From positions 1 through 38,971 of the forward strand of contig CAILMU010000240.1 of NCBI GenBank assembly GCA_903835325.1: a stretch of 38,971 bases of DNA. The letters run 5' to 3'. The position numbers were made by a program, and so were the translations under genes. This DNA is from an uncultured Candidatus Micrarchaeota archaeon. Its GTDB lineage: Archaea; Micrarchaeota; Micrarchaeia; Anstonellales; Bilamarchaeaceae. This document shows, piece after piece, positions 29,661-38,773 of the stretch (its first letter is position 1; every line of letters starts with the position of its first letter). Under the pieces are notes generated by a model, which saw only the letters and a list, made by a program, of their open reading frames with translations, had not been told where the DNA came from and searched no databases.

Positions 29661-29708
29661 TGATATATGGCCCGGAATCAAGGGCGATCATAACAGGAGG
29701 ATGAGGAT

Positions 29709-30602
29709 ATGCCAGAAGCATTCAAGCCCAAGGAGGAAGTCGGAGCCCTCACGAAGGAGAGGACGCAGGAGATACTGCATTCGTTCCAGCAGAAGTACGG
29801 GATAACCTCCCAGATGCTTCTGATGGATGTGGGGAAGATTTCTGAGATGCAGAGGAAGGCTGCGACCGGGACCGAATTCAGGCAGTCTGTCGGGACTTAT
29901 TTCCTGAACAAGATAGAGCAGGCAGAGAAGTCCGGGAACACTGCATTCTTGGACAAGCTAACCGAGGGGAACATCCAGAAGATAAGGGCGGAGTTCGGCC
30001 TGGGGAAAGAAACTGTCATGGAGAAGGACAGGGCTTTGTCCGCCCTCGAAGGAAGGATAAAATCCATCGAAGTCACCGGACCGACCGGAGAGGCGAGCAT
30101 GACAAGGTTCGAAGACGCAAGAAGGAGCCTGGATGGTGCAAGGGCAGCTATAGGGGAATTGGCCGGGATAAACCTTCCTCCCGGGCAGAGAGCCGAACTC
30201 ACATCGTCCCAATGGAAGAGGCTGGAAGAATGCAGGAAACAGCTTACTGATAAAGAGGAGTTTTATGAGGACAGGCTGGCTGCTTTCCGCGGGAGGCTCA
30301 CAGAGCAGTATACCGCGATGAAAACGCCCGAACTGCGGAAGGAGATGTCGAGCATCCAAGTGCAAGCTGCTAAGGACCAGGCCGTGCTGAGAAATCCGAA
30401 AGCCAGCGCCGATGCAAGAGAGGAGGCTATGGACAGGTTGGCCGGGGCTATCGAGAGCATGCATGCGATAGAGGATACATTATCATCCAGGAAACAGGAG
30501 CCCGGGACCGCAGCCATGGCCCAGAACGCGGCTTCGATCGCCACCACGCTTGAGAAGAGCGCCGAAACGCAGAGGAAGAAGAGCGGGCAGGGCGTCGCAT
30601 AG
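29709..30602 (+). CDS. Charged alpha-helical orphan protein, paralog 2
   Basis: 297-aa ORF with AGGAGG Shine-Dalgarno upstream; shares blocks with 28569..29660. Confidence 0.82.
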   Translation: MPEAFKPKEEVGALTKERTQEILHSFQQKYGITSQMLLMDVGKISEMQRKAATGTEFRQSVGTYFLNKIEQAEKSGNTAFLDKLTEGNIQKIRAEFGLGKETVMEKDRALSALEGRIKSIEVTGPTGEASMTRFEDARRSLDGARAAIGELAGINLPPGQRAELTSSQWKRLEECRKQLTDKEEFYEDRLAAFRGRLTEQYTAMKTPELRKEMSSIQVQAAKDQAVLRNPKASADAREEAMDRLAGAIESMHAIEDTLSSRKQEPGTAAMAQNAASIATTLEKSAETQRKKSGQGVA

Positions 30603-30610
30603 CGGCCTGT

Positions 30611-31108
30611 TCATATTCCGTTTTCGGCATTATCCAGCAGGAATGCCAGGCATTCCTCTTTCTTCCCTTTTCTTTTGTTCCATTTTTTCACGAGTTTTTT
30701 GTGCGTTTCGAGCTCCGCAACCAAACGATCCCGCCCGATATCCGGAGCGCCGAATCGGAATAATATTTGCGATGGAAGCGGGCAGAAGCGCGCATTGATT
30801 CTCGAATCGAGCTGATAGGGGTATCTTTTGCACGAGAGCGGGGCGGATTCGTGGATTGAGCAGCGGTTGTCTTTGTTTAGATAAGCGCACGGGTGCGAAC
30901 GGATTCCGAGAAGATAGTAGCCATACCCATCGGTCGTATCGAGCACCATGTCCGGGTCGTAGCTGAGGAGCCGGGGCTCGTGTAAAAAGGCGATATCTTC
31001 GGGTAGTTTCCCGGTCTTTGAGGAAATCCTCAGGATATCGAAGATGGTCGTGGTTATGGTGTACGTCTTGCAGCATTCGGCTGAGCAGAATACGCAGGGG
31101 TTGACCAT
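30611..31108 (-). CDS. YkgJ-family (CxxCxxCC) putative Zn/Fe-S cluster protein
   Basis: CVFCSAECC...PCAYL...CSIHESAPLSCKRYPY. Confidence 0.85.
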   Translation of the reverse strand: MVNPCVFCSAECCKTYTITTTIFDILRISSKTGKLPEDIAFLHEPRLLSYDPDMVLDTTDGYGYYLLGIRSHPCAYLNKDNRCSIHESAPLSCKRYPYQLDSRINARFCPLPSQILFRFGAPDIGRDRLVAELETHKKLVKKWNKRKGKKEECLAFLLDNAENGI

Positions 31109-31125
31109 ATGGCGCACTGGCGGAC

Positions 31126-31587
31126 CTACCTGGTGAATTTGCTCACCAGGCTCATGGCGGCGTCCTTGTTCATCCGATAGAGCATCTCGGCGTGCTCCAG
31201 GGCCGCCTTCTCGTTCTTCAGGGCGTAAGAGAACAGGAAGAGCATGGTGCGCACCTCCTCATCGTCCCTGAGCTCCTTTACGGAACAAAGGAAGTCGTAT
31301 CCTTCCCGATAACGGCCGGCCTTGAAGAATGCGCTTGCCATGAGTATTGCGCATATCAGCATGTCCTTCTCGTTGCTCATGTTGAACGCTTTCCTGCCTT
31401 CAAGAATGGATTCGTCGTATTTGTCCAGCCAGAATGCGGTTTTCGAGAGCAGGAAGTGCCCGGCCAGGTCATCGGGGAATTTCGTGACTAGCTCTTTTGC
31501 CATCGGATAGGCCTGCCTGTAATCCTCGTTCTTCAGGTAAAGCGCGACTTGTTTTATGAATGCCTCTTTCTTCGTGAACCCTGCCAT
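31126..31587 (-). CDS. Small TPR-like protein, paralog B
   Basis: 153 aa from ATG 31587 (MAGFTKKEAF aligns with MVEFTKKEAF of paralog A). Confidence 0.8.
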   Translation of the reverse strand: MAGFTKKEAFIKQVALYLKNEDYRQAYPMAKELVTKFPDDLAGHFLLSKTAFWLDKYDESILEGRKAFNMSNEKDMLICAILMASAFFKAGRYREGYDFLCSVKELRDDEEVRTMLFLFSYALKNEKAALEHAEMLYRMNKDAAMSLVSKFTR

Positions 31588-31650
31588 GTGGTTGTTCTTG
31601 CTGACTATGAATAAAAAGGATGGGGACGGAATAGGTATGAAGTGATATTC

Positions 31651-33708
31651 ATGGCTGAATCGGCGCAGAAGACTCAGGAAAACATAGCTGTATTGCAGAA
31701 GCAAGGGGAAAGCGAACTGACAAGGCTGGCTGGCAGGGTCGGGATGAGGATAAGCGGCGATGAGGTAACGAACGTGGTGAGAACCGCGATTGATAACGCT
31801 TCCAAGAGCGTTCGCGCTTATGGCGGTTCAGTGGGGCAGTCGCAGGTCAATGCAGCACTCAGCGACTGGCTGAGCGGGAAGGGGAAAGACATGGAGACAT
31901 CGTTCCTCAGCGCGCATGGCAAAGAGCTCGAAACTGACGCCAGGAGAATGCTGGGGCCGGCTGCGGCCGGCAATGATGCCAAGATCCAGGAGGCCGTGAG
32001 GAGGACCGCTGAGATGTTCGTTGCGTATCCTGAGACATACAAGACATACGATAGGGACCAATTGAAAGCTCCGCTCCAGACCGCGCTCGAGATGCAGGGG
32101 CTGAAGCGAACAGCACCTTCGGCACCGGCCGAGGCTCAGCAGCAGGCGGCGAAGAAAAGGAACGAGGGACCATCAACACAAGAAAGGGCATGGATGGAGA
32201 GGCAGATGGCTGGTGGTTTGCCAAAGACTTCTACTCCGACGAAAAAACCCGAAGAGTATAAACCCGAGAAGGAGGCGGTTGCTGCTCCGGTGAAGAAAGC
32301 AGAGGAGAAGGAAGCCAAGAAAGCGGATTTAGTGGCAAAACAGCGAGACGATGCTGCCAAGCTGCAGAAGAACGCTTCGGATAAGGTAGCAGCAAGGAAA
32401 GCTGCACAAACCGAAGAGACGAGAGTTAAGGAAACCAAATCTGCAGAAGCTGAGAAGAATAAACGGCAGGCAGTGCTGGATAAGCAGAATAAAGCGGTGG
32501 CAGAATTAGCGGCCAGGAAAGCTGCACAAGGCGAAGAGAAAAAAAGGCTGGATAAGGACAAGGCCGATAAAGCCCTTGAAATGGCTGCAGCCAGGGAGAG
32601 GTTGGCCCAAAGAGCCGAGGCAGCGCGGGAATTGAAGCAACAAAAAGATGGAGAGAAACGGGCGAAAGCTGAGCAAGCGCAGGCAGCGAGCAAAGCCCAA
32701 GCCGCTGCTAAGGTTCAGGAACAGGCCGAGCGAGCCGCAGCAGCAAAAGAAACAGCTAAGCAAAAAGCTGATGAGGCGCGGGCAGCTGCGCAAGCCAGGC
32801 AGGCCCAGGAAGCCCCGGTAAAAGCGGCGAAACAGCAACAGCAGACAACTGCGCAGAAACCAGCTTCGGAAAAACCGAAAACCGCGCCTTCTGTTTCAGC
32901 CGAAGAAGCGAAGGAGAATGTGAGAAAGGCGACACGTGCTGTATCAGCTGTTCAGAATGCCCAGGATACGATAGCCCAATATGGTTATCGGGCTCTCACA
33001 TACGACGAATTTTTGAATGGGCATAAAAAAATGAACGTCGATGATAGGGATTATACTGGAATCAAAGGAGCGTTAGAGGCAGCACGAAATATCTCCACTC
33101 CTAAAGTGAACTCGGCTCGCGAAGATGTCGAAAAGAGGCTTCCTCGATTCGCAGAGATCGAGAAAGGGCTCGCAGATAAGGAAAAAGAACTTACCGGATA
33201 TAAAAGCAAAGGCAAGGAAGAGGACGCCAAAAAAGTCGAAACCGAGATTGATTCTTTAAGAGGAGAACGTCTGACACTTTGTAACGAACTTAAAGTCCCA
33301 ACTTTGAAGCTTGTTAGAGAGCTTCAGGCAGCTGCCGAAGATTACGGAAAAGGGATACGGGACGCTGCAGCCAGGAAATCCGCGGGATTGCTTCCGCCTG
33401 GAGTAAGTGTGAAAGGGAGTGGGACAGTCGCATCGCCATATCAGATTTCCTTGCCGGGAGGCGAGGTGATGCAGACAGCGAAAATAATGCTCGGCCGGAA
33501 AAATGATGAGGTTGTTTTCAATATCCAGACACCAAGAACCGCTTTCGAGGATGATAACAAGAAAACGCAGTATTTGGCAGCCTTGTCTGATACGATGAAA
33601 CAGCTGATGTATACCCGTTATGGGCTCGCCAATGCTTCAGATAGCGACAAACACGAAGTCGATGACAGTGTGTCGAAATATGTTGGCCGGCTCTCGGGGA
33701 TTGTTTAA
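31651..33708 (+). CDS. Large orphan with central Ala/Lys/Glu/Gln-rich coiled-coil stalk
   Basis: 685 aa from ATG 31651 (GTGAT SD-like element); TolA-like composition in the middle; no TM segment. Confidence 0.82.
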   Translation: MAESAQKTQENIAVLQKQGESELTRLAGRVGMRISGDEVTNVVRTAIDNASKSVRAYGGSVGQSQVNAALSDWLSGKGKDMETSFLSAHGKELETDARRMLGPAAAGNDAKIQEAVRRTAEMFVAYPETYKTYDRDQLKAPLQTALEMQGLKRTAPSAPAEAQQQAAKKRNEGPSTQERAWMERQMAGGLPKTSTPTKKPEEYKPEKEAVAAPVKKAEEKEAKKADLVAKQRDDAAKLQKNASDKVAARKAAQTEETRVKETKSAEAEKNKRQAVLDKQNKAVAELAARKAAQGEEKKRLDKDKADKALEMAAARERLAQRAEAARELKQQKDGEKRAKAEQAQAASKAQAAAKVQEQAERAAAAKETAKQKADEARAAAQARQAQEAPVKAAKQQQQTTAQKPASEKPKTAPSVSAEEAKENVRKATRAVSAVQNAQDTIAQYGYRALTYDEFLNGHKKMNVDDRDYTGIKGALEAARNISTPKVNSAREDVEKRLPRFAEIEKGLADKEKELTGYKSKGKEEDAKKVETEIDSLRGERLTLCNELKVPTLKLVRELQAAAEDYGKGIRDAAARKSAGLLPPGVSVKGSGTVASPYQISLPGGEVMQTAKIMLGRKNDEVVFNIQTPRTAFEDDNKKTQYLAALSDTMKQLMYTRYGLANASDSDKHEVDDSVSKYVGRLSGIV
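32395..32529 (+). repeat. Intragenic repeat with 120-nt (40-aa) spacing
   Basis: AGGAAAGCTGCACAA at 32395-32409 and 32515-32529; AARKAAQxEE occurs twice in the protein. Confidence 0.75.
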
Positions 33709-33753
33709 CAATGCTAGTTGGGGCAATTGAATAAATTGGACTCGGATATTTTT

Positions 33754-34593
33754 CTATTTTTTCCAAGGTTCCAGGCGTAGGTCCTTTATCCGGGGTCCGG
33801 ATATCCGTATCTCGACCGAGTTACTATCCTCCTTGCCGAAACACACTCCCCCTCCGCAGGAAAAGAAGGATGAATTAAGCGCGTCAATGCCTGCAGGCAA
33901 TATCGCGCTGTGCGCATCTGCATTCGGAGAAACAGTGATGACTAAACCGGAGCCGAGAGCCATATATAAGAGGCCTTCATCCGAAAATGTCTTCGCTCCC
34001 CGGACATCTGCCTGCAGTGGATAAGCCCGTACCTGGTCCATGTAGGGCGACGTGAAACTGATTTTCGCATCGTTTGTGAGGAAGACGCAGCTTTCCCTGC
34101 ATGCAAAGCCAAGAACCGCGTGCCTGGTGATTGTCGATATGTCTTTTGGTTGAGGGAAATAGTAGTCGGGCGTCAAGGTGAATGTGGTTCCGGGCATTGC
34201 GTTCATCGTGAGCCTGACCATCAGGTTAACCATATCCTCCTTGTCATCTACGATGGAGTAAGAGAGAAGTTTATTCCCGGCAATAGCGAAAACTTTGTCT
34301 TCTATGAGTGAAACAGAGGAGGGCGTTTCGCTTCCAAACCCCTGGTCTATCGTGACGCGCGCCCCGTTTCTTTTGGTGTATAATATCTTGTTATCCTTGA
34401 TTTCGCACTTCGGTTTCGTGGAAGGCGGGACTGACCTTGAGAAAGCCGATTCGAGGTTCCTCCATTCAGGCCTCAATGCCCCTTTCGCCTCATTGATCCA
34501 GGAAACCATCGGCAACGCAGAAACCGCGAGGGCGAGGGCTGCCTTCGCAGCGGCCTGCCTCATCCGCCCATGTTCTAGTTTCTGGTGCATCAT
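33754..34593 (-). CDS. Hypothetical exported or membrane-anchored beta-rich protein
   Basis: Basic N-terminus plus Ala/Leu-rich helix, then short beta-strand-like segments with Cys pairs. Confidence 0.7.
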   Translation of the reverse strand: MMHQKLEHGRMRQAAAKAALALAVSALPMVSWINEAKGALRPEWRNLESAFSRSVPPSTKPKCEIKDNKILYTKRNGARVTIDQGFGSETPSSVSLIEDKVFAIAGNKLLSYSIVDDKEDMVNLMVRLTMNAMPGTTFTLTPDYYFPQPKDISTITRHAVLGFACRESCVFLTNDAKISFTSPYMDQVRAYPLQADVRGAKTFSDEGLLYMALGSGLVITVSPNADAHSAILPAGIDALNSSFFSCGGGVCFGKEDSNSVEIRISGPRIKDLRLEPWKK

Positions 34594-34651
34594 GTAATGT
34601 TATCAGTTATATTTTATAAATACGTATGTGTTATTATTATTGGAAAAAGAT

Positions 34652-35629
34652 ATGCCTGAACCGAAGAAAGAACAAACTGGAGGCGCCAAGCTGGCGAACC
34701 ATGCCCCAGAGGGGTCCATATCCCAGAATAAACGGACTCTCTGGCAGAGGCTGCGGGGCCTCATCAGCGATTTCCCAGTTGAAGAGCGCTCGAGCGGGAT
34801 AAGGACGAAGATGAACGGGGAATCGAACGACAACAAGAATGGCGTGAGCGCCGGAACGCCCGAAGAGAAGGATGCCGTATCCGAAAAGCGCGAGAGCGAA
34901 CCAGTCAAATTGAGCGATGAGGAGCAGCTCGGGCATGCCATAAATACGGCATCGAACGGATTGGTGGAAGAATCATACACCATGCTGCTCTCGGGAGTTT
35001 TCACGAACCGCGATGCCCAGATGTTCCTCATTCCCCTGATAACCGAACCTGAGAAAGCGGTGGCGCTCCTGCGGAAAGGCGAACTCTGCCCGGAAGCTGA
35101 GGCCGAGATTTTAGCGGTGATACGCACGGCAAGGGAAACAGCCATCTCCAACGTACTGTCGAGCGGAAGGTTCTCGAAAGCCAAGAAAATCGCTGTCTTC
35201 CTCCCGAATGGCGCTCAGGAGGACCAGAACACCATCATCCTGCCGTATATAATGGATAATATGATGGCAAGCGGAAAGGAGATAGCATCGTTCCAGGATC
35301 CTATGAAGGAAGTGGTCTCCTACAAGGTCCACAAAAGCGGCGAGATAATTGCCAAAAGGATGGACAATCTGGATATGTATTTCCCTGACCTCATCCTTCT
35401 GCCTGCAGTGGATAGAAGCGCTGCCATCCCTGACCTGAGGCTTGACGAAAAAACGAAATTCAATCCTTATAGCGGAGAGCCTCTCCCGGCTCATGGCCGC
35501 TACCTGATAGGCGTATGCTTCGATTTCCAGATCCAGGAAAGCCTGGGCAACGGAAGATACTCTGCTATCGTGGATGAGGTGGTGAGCGAAAAAAGAGGAT
35601 TGAGGAGCTCTAGGCCGCCGGGACAATGA
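34652..35629 (+). CDS. Protein with degenerate 5-formyltetrahydrofolate cyclo-ligase-like C-terminal domain
   Basis: FSKAKKIAVFLP...E, PDLILLPAVD, LIGVCFDFQI...VDEVVSE match the MTHFS fold, but the GxGxGYYD motif is absent. Confidence 0.65.
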   Translation: MPEPKKEQTGGAKLANHAPEGSISQNKRTLWQRLRGLISDFPVEERSSGIRTKMNGESNDNKNGVSAGTPEEKDAVSEKRESEPVKLSDEEQLGHAINTASNGLVEESYTMLLSGVFTNRDAQMFLIPLITEPEKAVALLRKGELCPEAEAEILAVIRTARETAISNVLSSGRFSKAKKIAVFLPNGAQEDQNTIILPYIMDNMMASGKEIASFQDPMKEVVSYKVHKSGEIIAKRMDNLDMYFPDLILLPAVDRSAAIPDLRLDEKTKFNPYSGEPLPAHGRYLIGVCFDFQIQESLGNGRYSAIVDEVVSEKRGLRSSRPPGQ

Positions 35630-35633
35630 CCGG

Positions 35634-37409
35634 TCATTTCTTCTTCTTGACGAGTTCCGCGACTTCCTGGGGGTCGACCTGGAGCCTGAATTTCTGCATT
35701 ATGGCAGTCATGTCGTAGTAGTTCTCCTTCACGAGCTGGTCGAGCATATCGCCCGTTATCCTCTGGAGGCGATAGACCTTCAGCACCGCTTCCACCCTGG
35801 CCCCTTTGGCCATGCCTTTCAGCATTTCCGGGATTGCGGCTTTCACGAACGCGCCTTTTTTGTATTCCTCGAAAAGCTCGCCCAGCGTCTTCTCGGGATC
35901 TGTCAGCTCTATCCCTTCGCGCCTGAGCGATACCAGGGTGTTCTCGAGAGTGGTCGCGGCGAGCGTAGGGTCTGCCCCGGAAGCCACAAGCTTCTCGAAG
36001 AGGTGCAGGTTCCTGGATTTCAGCATGGTCCCTGCCATCTCCTTGTTCAGGATTTTCTCGAGCCTTTTCCGCTTCTCGTCCAGGGACTCGCCTTTCTCTA
36101 CGCTCTTTAGGAAATCGGTTGTGATGGGTATCGGAGGGACATCGGTCTCGGGGTACATCCTCGCCTTCCCGGGAAGGGGCCTCAGATAGGTCGTCGTCGC
36201 GTCCGGATTAGCCCGCCTGGTCTCGCCTGGGACGAAATCCATGTTGGCGCGTTCTAAAACGAAAGAGAGCGCCGTTTCGGCCTGCTCCTTCGGTGCTATC
36301 ACGAGGACGAAAGAGTCCTGCTCTCCCATGTCCAGTTTCTTGGCGAGTTTCTTCAACTCATCTTGCGATATCGGGTATTTCTCCAGGTTCTCATCGCTGT
36401 GGATGATGCCTTTGACTCCGGCACGTTTGGAATAGTCGCTCAGCTCGGTGCCGTATCTTTTACCTGGCTGTATCTCGCGCCCGAGGAGCCCTTTATGCCT
36501 CGGGAGATTCATCGCAAGGACTGACGCGCCTGATTTCAATCCGCCCTCTATTATCTTGGCTTTCGAGCTTTTGAAAATCTCCGTCGCGTCGATCGGTTTC
36601 GAAGAAATGGGAAGCACCTTGCGGGCCCTGAGCTCTGCGAGCACCGAGACAAGAGCGGTCTGCCTTTTGACTTCTATCTCGAGATACTGGGGAAGCATCT
36701 TCAGGTCCTGGGCCCCTTTTATCTCGACTCTCGCTCCGCCGTCTGTCGAGATGTTCACATCCTGCCTTATGGTCCCGAGGCCCCGCGCCACCTTGCCTGT
36801 CGCTCGGAGCATCATGCCGATCTTCTCAGCGACCTCAAATAGATGCGCCCCGTCCTTGATATCAGGATCTGTCGTTATCTCGATGAGCGGGATGCCGAGG
36901 CGGTCCAGGCGGTATGTCGCCTTGCCTTCTTCATTGGATATTATGCCTGCGCTCTCCTCCTCTATCGCGATGGTTGTGATATGAATCGTGCCCTTCGAGC
37001 TCTCGAGGCATCCGTTCAGGGCGACTATCGCTGTCCTCTGGAATCCCGAGGTGTTGCTGCCGTCGATCACCATCTTGCGCATGGGCTGGACTTCATCAAC
37101 AGGGGTGGCCTGGAGCTCTTTCGCCATCTGGAGGCCGATGCGCAATGCCTCCATATTCATCCTTCCCGGAGGCTCTTCGTCCATCTCGACCAGGCAGTCG
37201 TGCTTCTGGAAAACCTGGTATTCGAAGACGCGGTCTTTGGATTTCTCTGCCATGGACGCCTCGTCTATCTCGCCCATCTCGCTCACCACCGGGTGCAGCC
37301 TGCGGCTCATGAGCAGGTCGGGCTTCCCCTCGTCGCTCTGCGCGCTCGGGCATCCGCAGAAGAGCTTGTTCGTGTCGAGTCGTTGATGGATTTCTATGCC
37401 GATTTTCAT
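35634..37409 (-). CDS. gatE: Glu-tRNA(Gln) amidotransferase subunit E
   Basis: GIEIHQRL...KLFC, MRKMVIDGSNTSGFQRT, LDRLGIPLIEI, RGLGTIRQDVN, ARMYPETD. Confidence 0.97.
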   Translation of the reverse strand: MKIGIEIHQRLDTNKLFCGCPSAQSDEGKPDLLMSRRLHPVVSEMGEIDEASMAEKSKDRVFEYQVFQKHDCLVEMDEEPPGRMNMEALRIGLQMAKELQATPVDEVQPMRKMVIDGSNTSGFQRTAIVALNGCLESSKGTIHITTIAIEEESAGIISNEEGKATYRLDRLGIPLIEITTDPDIKDGAHLFEVAEKIGMMLRATGKVARGLGTIRQDVNISTDGGARVEIKGAQDLKMLPQYLEIEVKRQTALVSVLAELRARKVLPISSKPIDATEIFKSSKAKIIEGGLKSGASVLAMNLPRHKGLLGREIQPGKRYGTELSDYSKRAGVKGIIHSDENLEKYPISQDELKKLAKKLDMGEQDSFVLVIAPKEQAETALSFVLERANMDFVPGETRRANPDATTTYLRPLPGKARMYPETDVPPIPITTDFLKSVEKGESLDEKRKRLEKILNKEMAGTMLKSRNLHLFEKLVASGADPTLAATTLENTLVSLRREGIELTDPEKTLGELFEEYKKGAFVKAAIPEMLKGMAKGARVEAVLKVYRLQRITGDMLDQLVKENYYDMTAIMQKFRLQVDPQEVAELVKKKK

Positions 37410-37445
37410 GCAGTATCACCTGGAAAGGAGGGGATTCGTATCCCA

Positions 37446-38759
37446 TCATACTATCTGGGTGCCTGAACGCGGGCATATCTCGCCCACATAATCCGTCACC
37501 ATCATCTCCTTTATCTTCTTCATGTCCTTTGTCTGGCCAAGGACCCAGCATAGTTTGGTGTATGCGGTCTCGGGGGTCCAATCCATGCCGTCGCCTATAA
37601 CGCCTATGTCCATCAGGAGCCTTCCGCTCGTGTAGACCCTCATGCACAGCCTCCCGTTGATGCACTGCGAGCTCATGACCACCGGGATCCCCGAATCGAT
37701 CAATGCTTTGACCGGTTCAAGGACGCTCCGAACGCTCTTATCATCAAAGGCATTCGCAGGAAGGTGCCCCAGGCCTGTCCCTATGAACACCACGCCGTCA
37801 TAGTCGTCCAGCTTAGATATCAATGATGGCTTGATGTTGGGGTGCGAATAGATGAGCGCGACATTGTCGTTCATCTTCTTGGATATATTCATCTCCGATA
37901 CCGGAGCCCTTTTCCTGTATTCAGAGAGCGGCTTGAACGTCTCTGTTCGGTAATCGACGGAAAACAACGGATCGGAATCTATGGAGTGGAACGCGTCCCT
38001 GCGCGACGTGTGCATCTTGCGCACCCTCGTCCCCCGGTGCACATGGCAGTAATCGTCGTTGGTGGTCGCATGCATGCAGACAGATACCTCCGCGAAATCT
38101 TTGGACGCCGTGTATGCGGAGTTCAGGATGTTCATCTCGTTCTCGCTGGATGGGCGGTCCGAACTGCGTTGCGCCCCGACGAATACTATCGGGACCGGCG
38201 GATTCTGTATCATGAAGCTGATGGCGGATGAGGTGTATGTCATCGTGTCTGTCCCGTGCATGACCACGATGCCGTTGCTGCCGCCTTTTATCTCCTCATC
38301 GATAGCATCGGCAAGTAGCCTCCAGTGGCTCGCGTTCATGTCCTCGCTGAAGAGCGAGAATATCTGGCGGGAGTTCACCGCCCACCTTTTCAGCGCCGGG
38401 AACGACTGCCTGAGCTCGCTTGCTGAAATCGACGGGTATACCGCCCCGGTCTTGTACTCTATCCGCGATGCTATCGTGCCCCCGCACCCCAGGATGGAGA
38501 GGTGGCCGTTCTTGATTCTCTCCTCCGACGATGCTGGCTTCGGGGATGCCTTTGATTTCTCGATGAGTTCTATGGAATCGACCTTGAGCCCGACATTGTA
38601 GCCGCTGGAGAGCTTGATGACGAGGATATCGGAATCCCCGTAGTGCGGTCTCGGCATGAGGAAGCCGGTGAATTCGCCGCCCGGCCCCGCGACCTTTATG
38701 CGGTCCCCGATATCTATGCCCTTGGACTTCAGTCTCTCTTGCAGCTTCGAGGAGTACAT
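37446..38759 (-). CDS. gatD: Glu-tRNA(Gln) amidotransferase subunit D
   Basis: KLSSGYNVG, GGTIASR, HGTDTM, GAQRSSDRPSS, KMHTSRRDAF; adjacent to gatE. Confidence 0.97.
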   Translation of the reverse strand: MYSSKLQERLKSKGIDIGDRIKVAGPGGEFTGFLMPRPHYGDSDILVIKLSSGYNVGLKVDSIELIEKSKASPKPASSEERIKNGHLSILGCGGTIASRIEYKTGAVYPSISASELRQSFPALKRWAVNSRQIFSLFSEDMNASHWRLLADAIDEEIKGGSNGIVVMHGTDTMTYTSSAISFMIQNPPVPIVFVGAQRSSDRPSSENEMNILNSAYTASKDFAEVSVCMHATTNDDYCHVHRGTRVRKMHTSRRDAFHSIDSDPLFSVDYRTETFKPLSEYRKRAPVSEMNISKKMNDNVALIYSHPNIKPSLISKLDDYDGVVFIGTGLGHLPANAFDDKSVRSVLEPVKALIDSGIPVVMSSQCINGRLCMRVYTSGRLLMDIGVIGDGMDWTPETAYTKLCWVLGQTKDMKKIKEMMVTDYVGEICPRSGTQIV

Positions 38760-38773
38760 CAGACAACCTTCCT

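Noticed and set aside
32136-32838. Calling the 685-aa protein TolA, or accepting the antisense ORFs here
   Set aside because: The similarity is compositional only (no N-terminal TM segment, no Tol genes); the antisense ORFs arise from low complexity.
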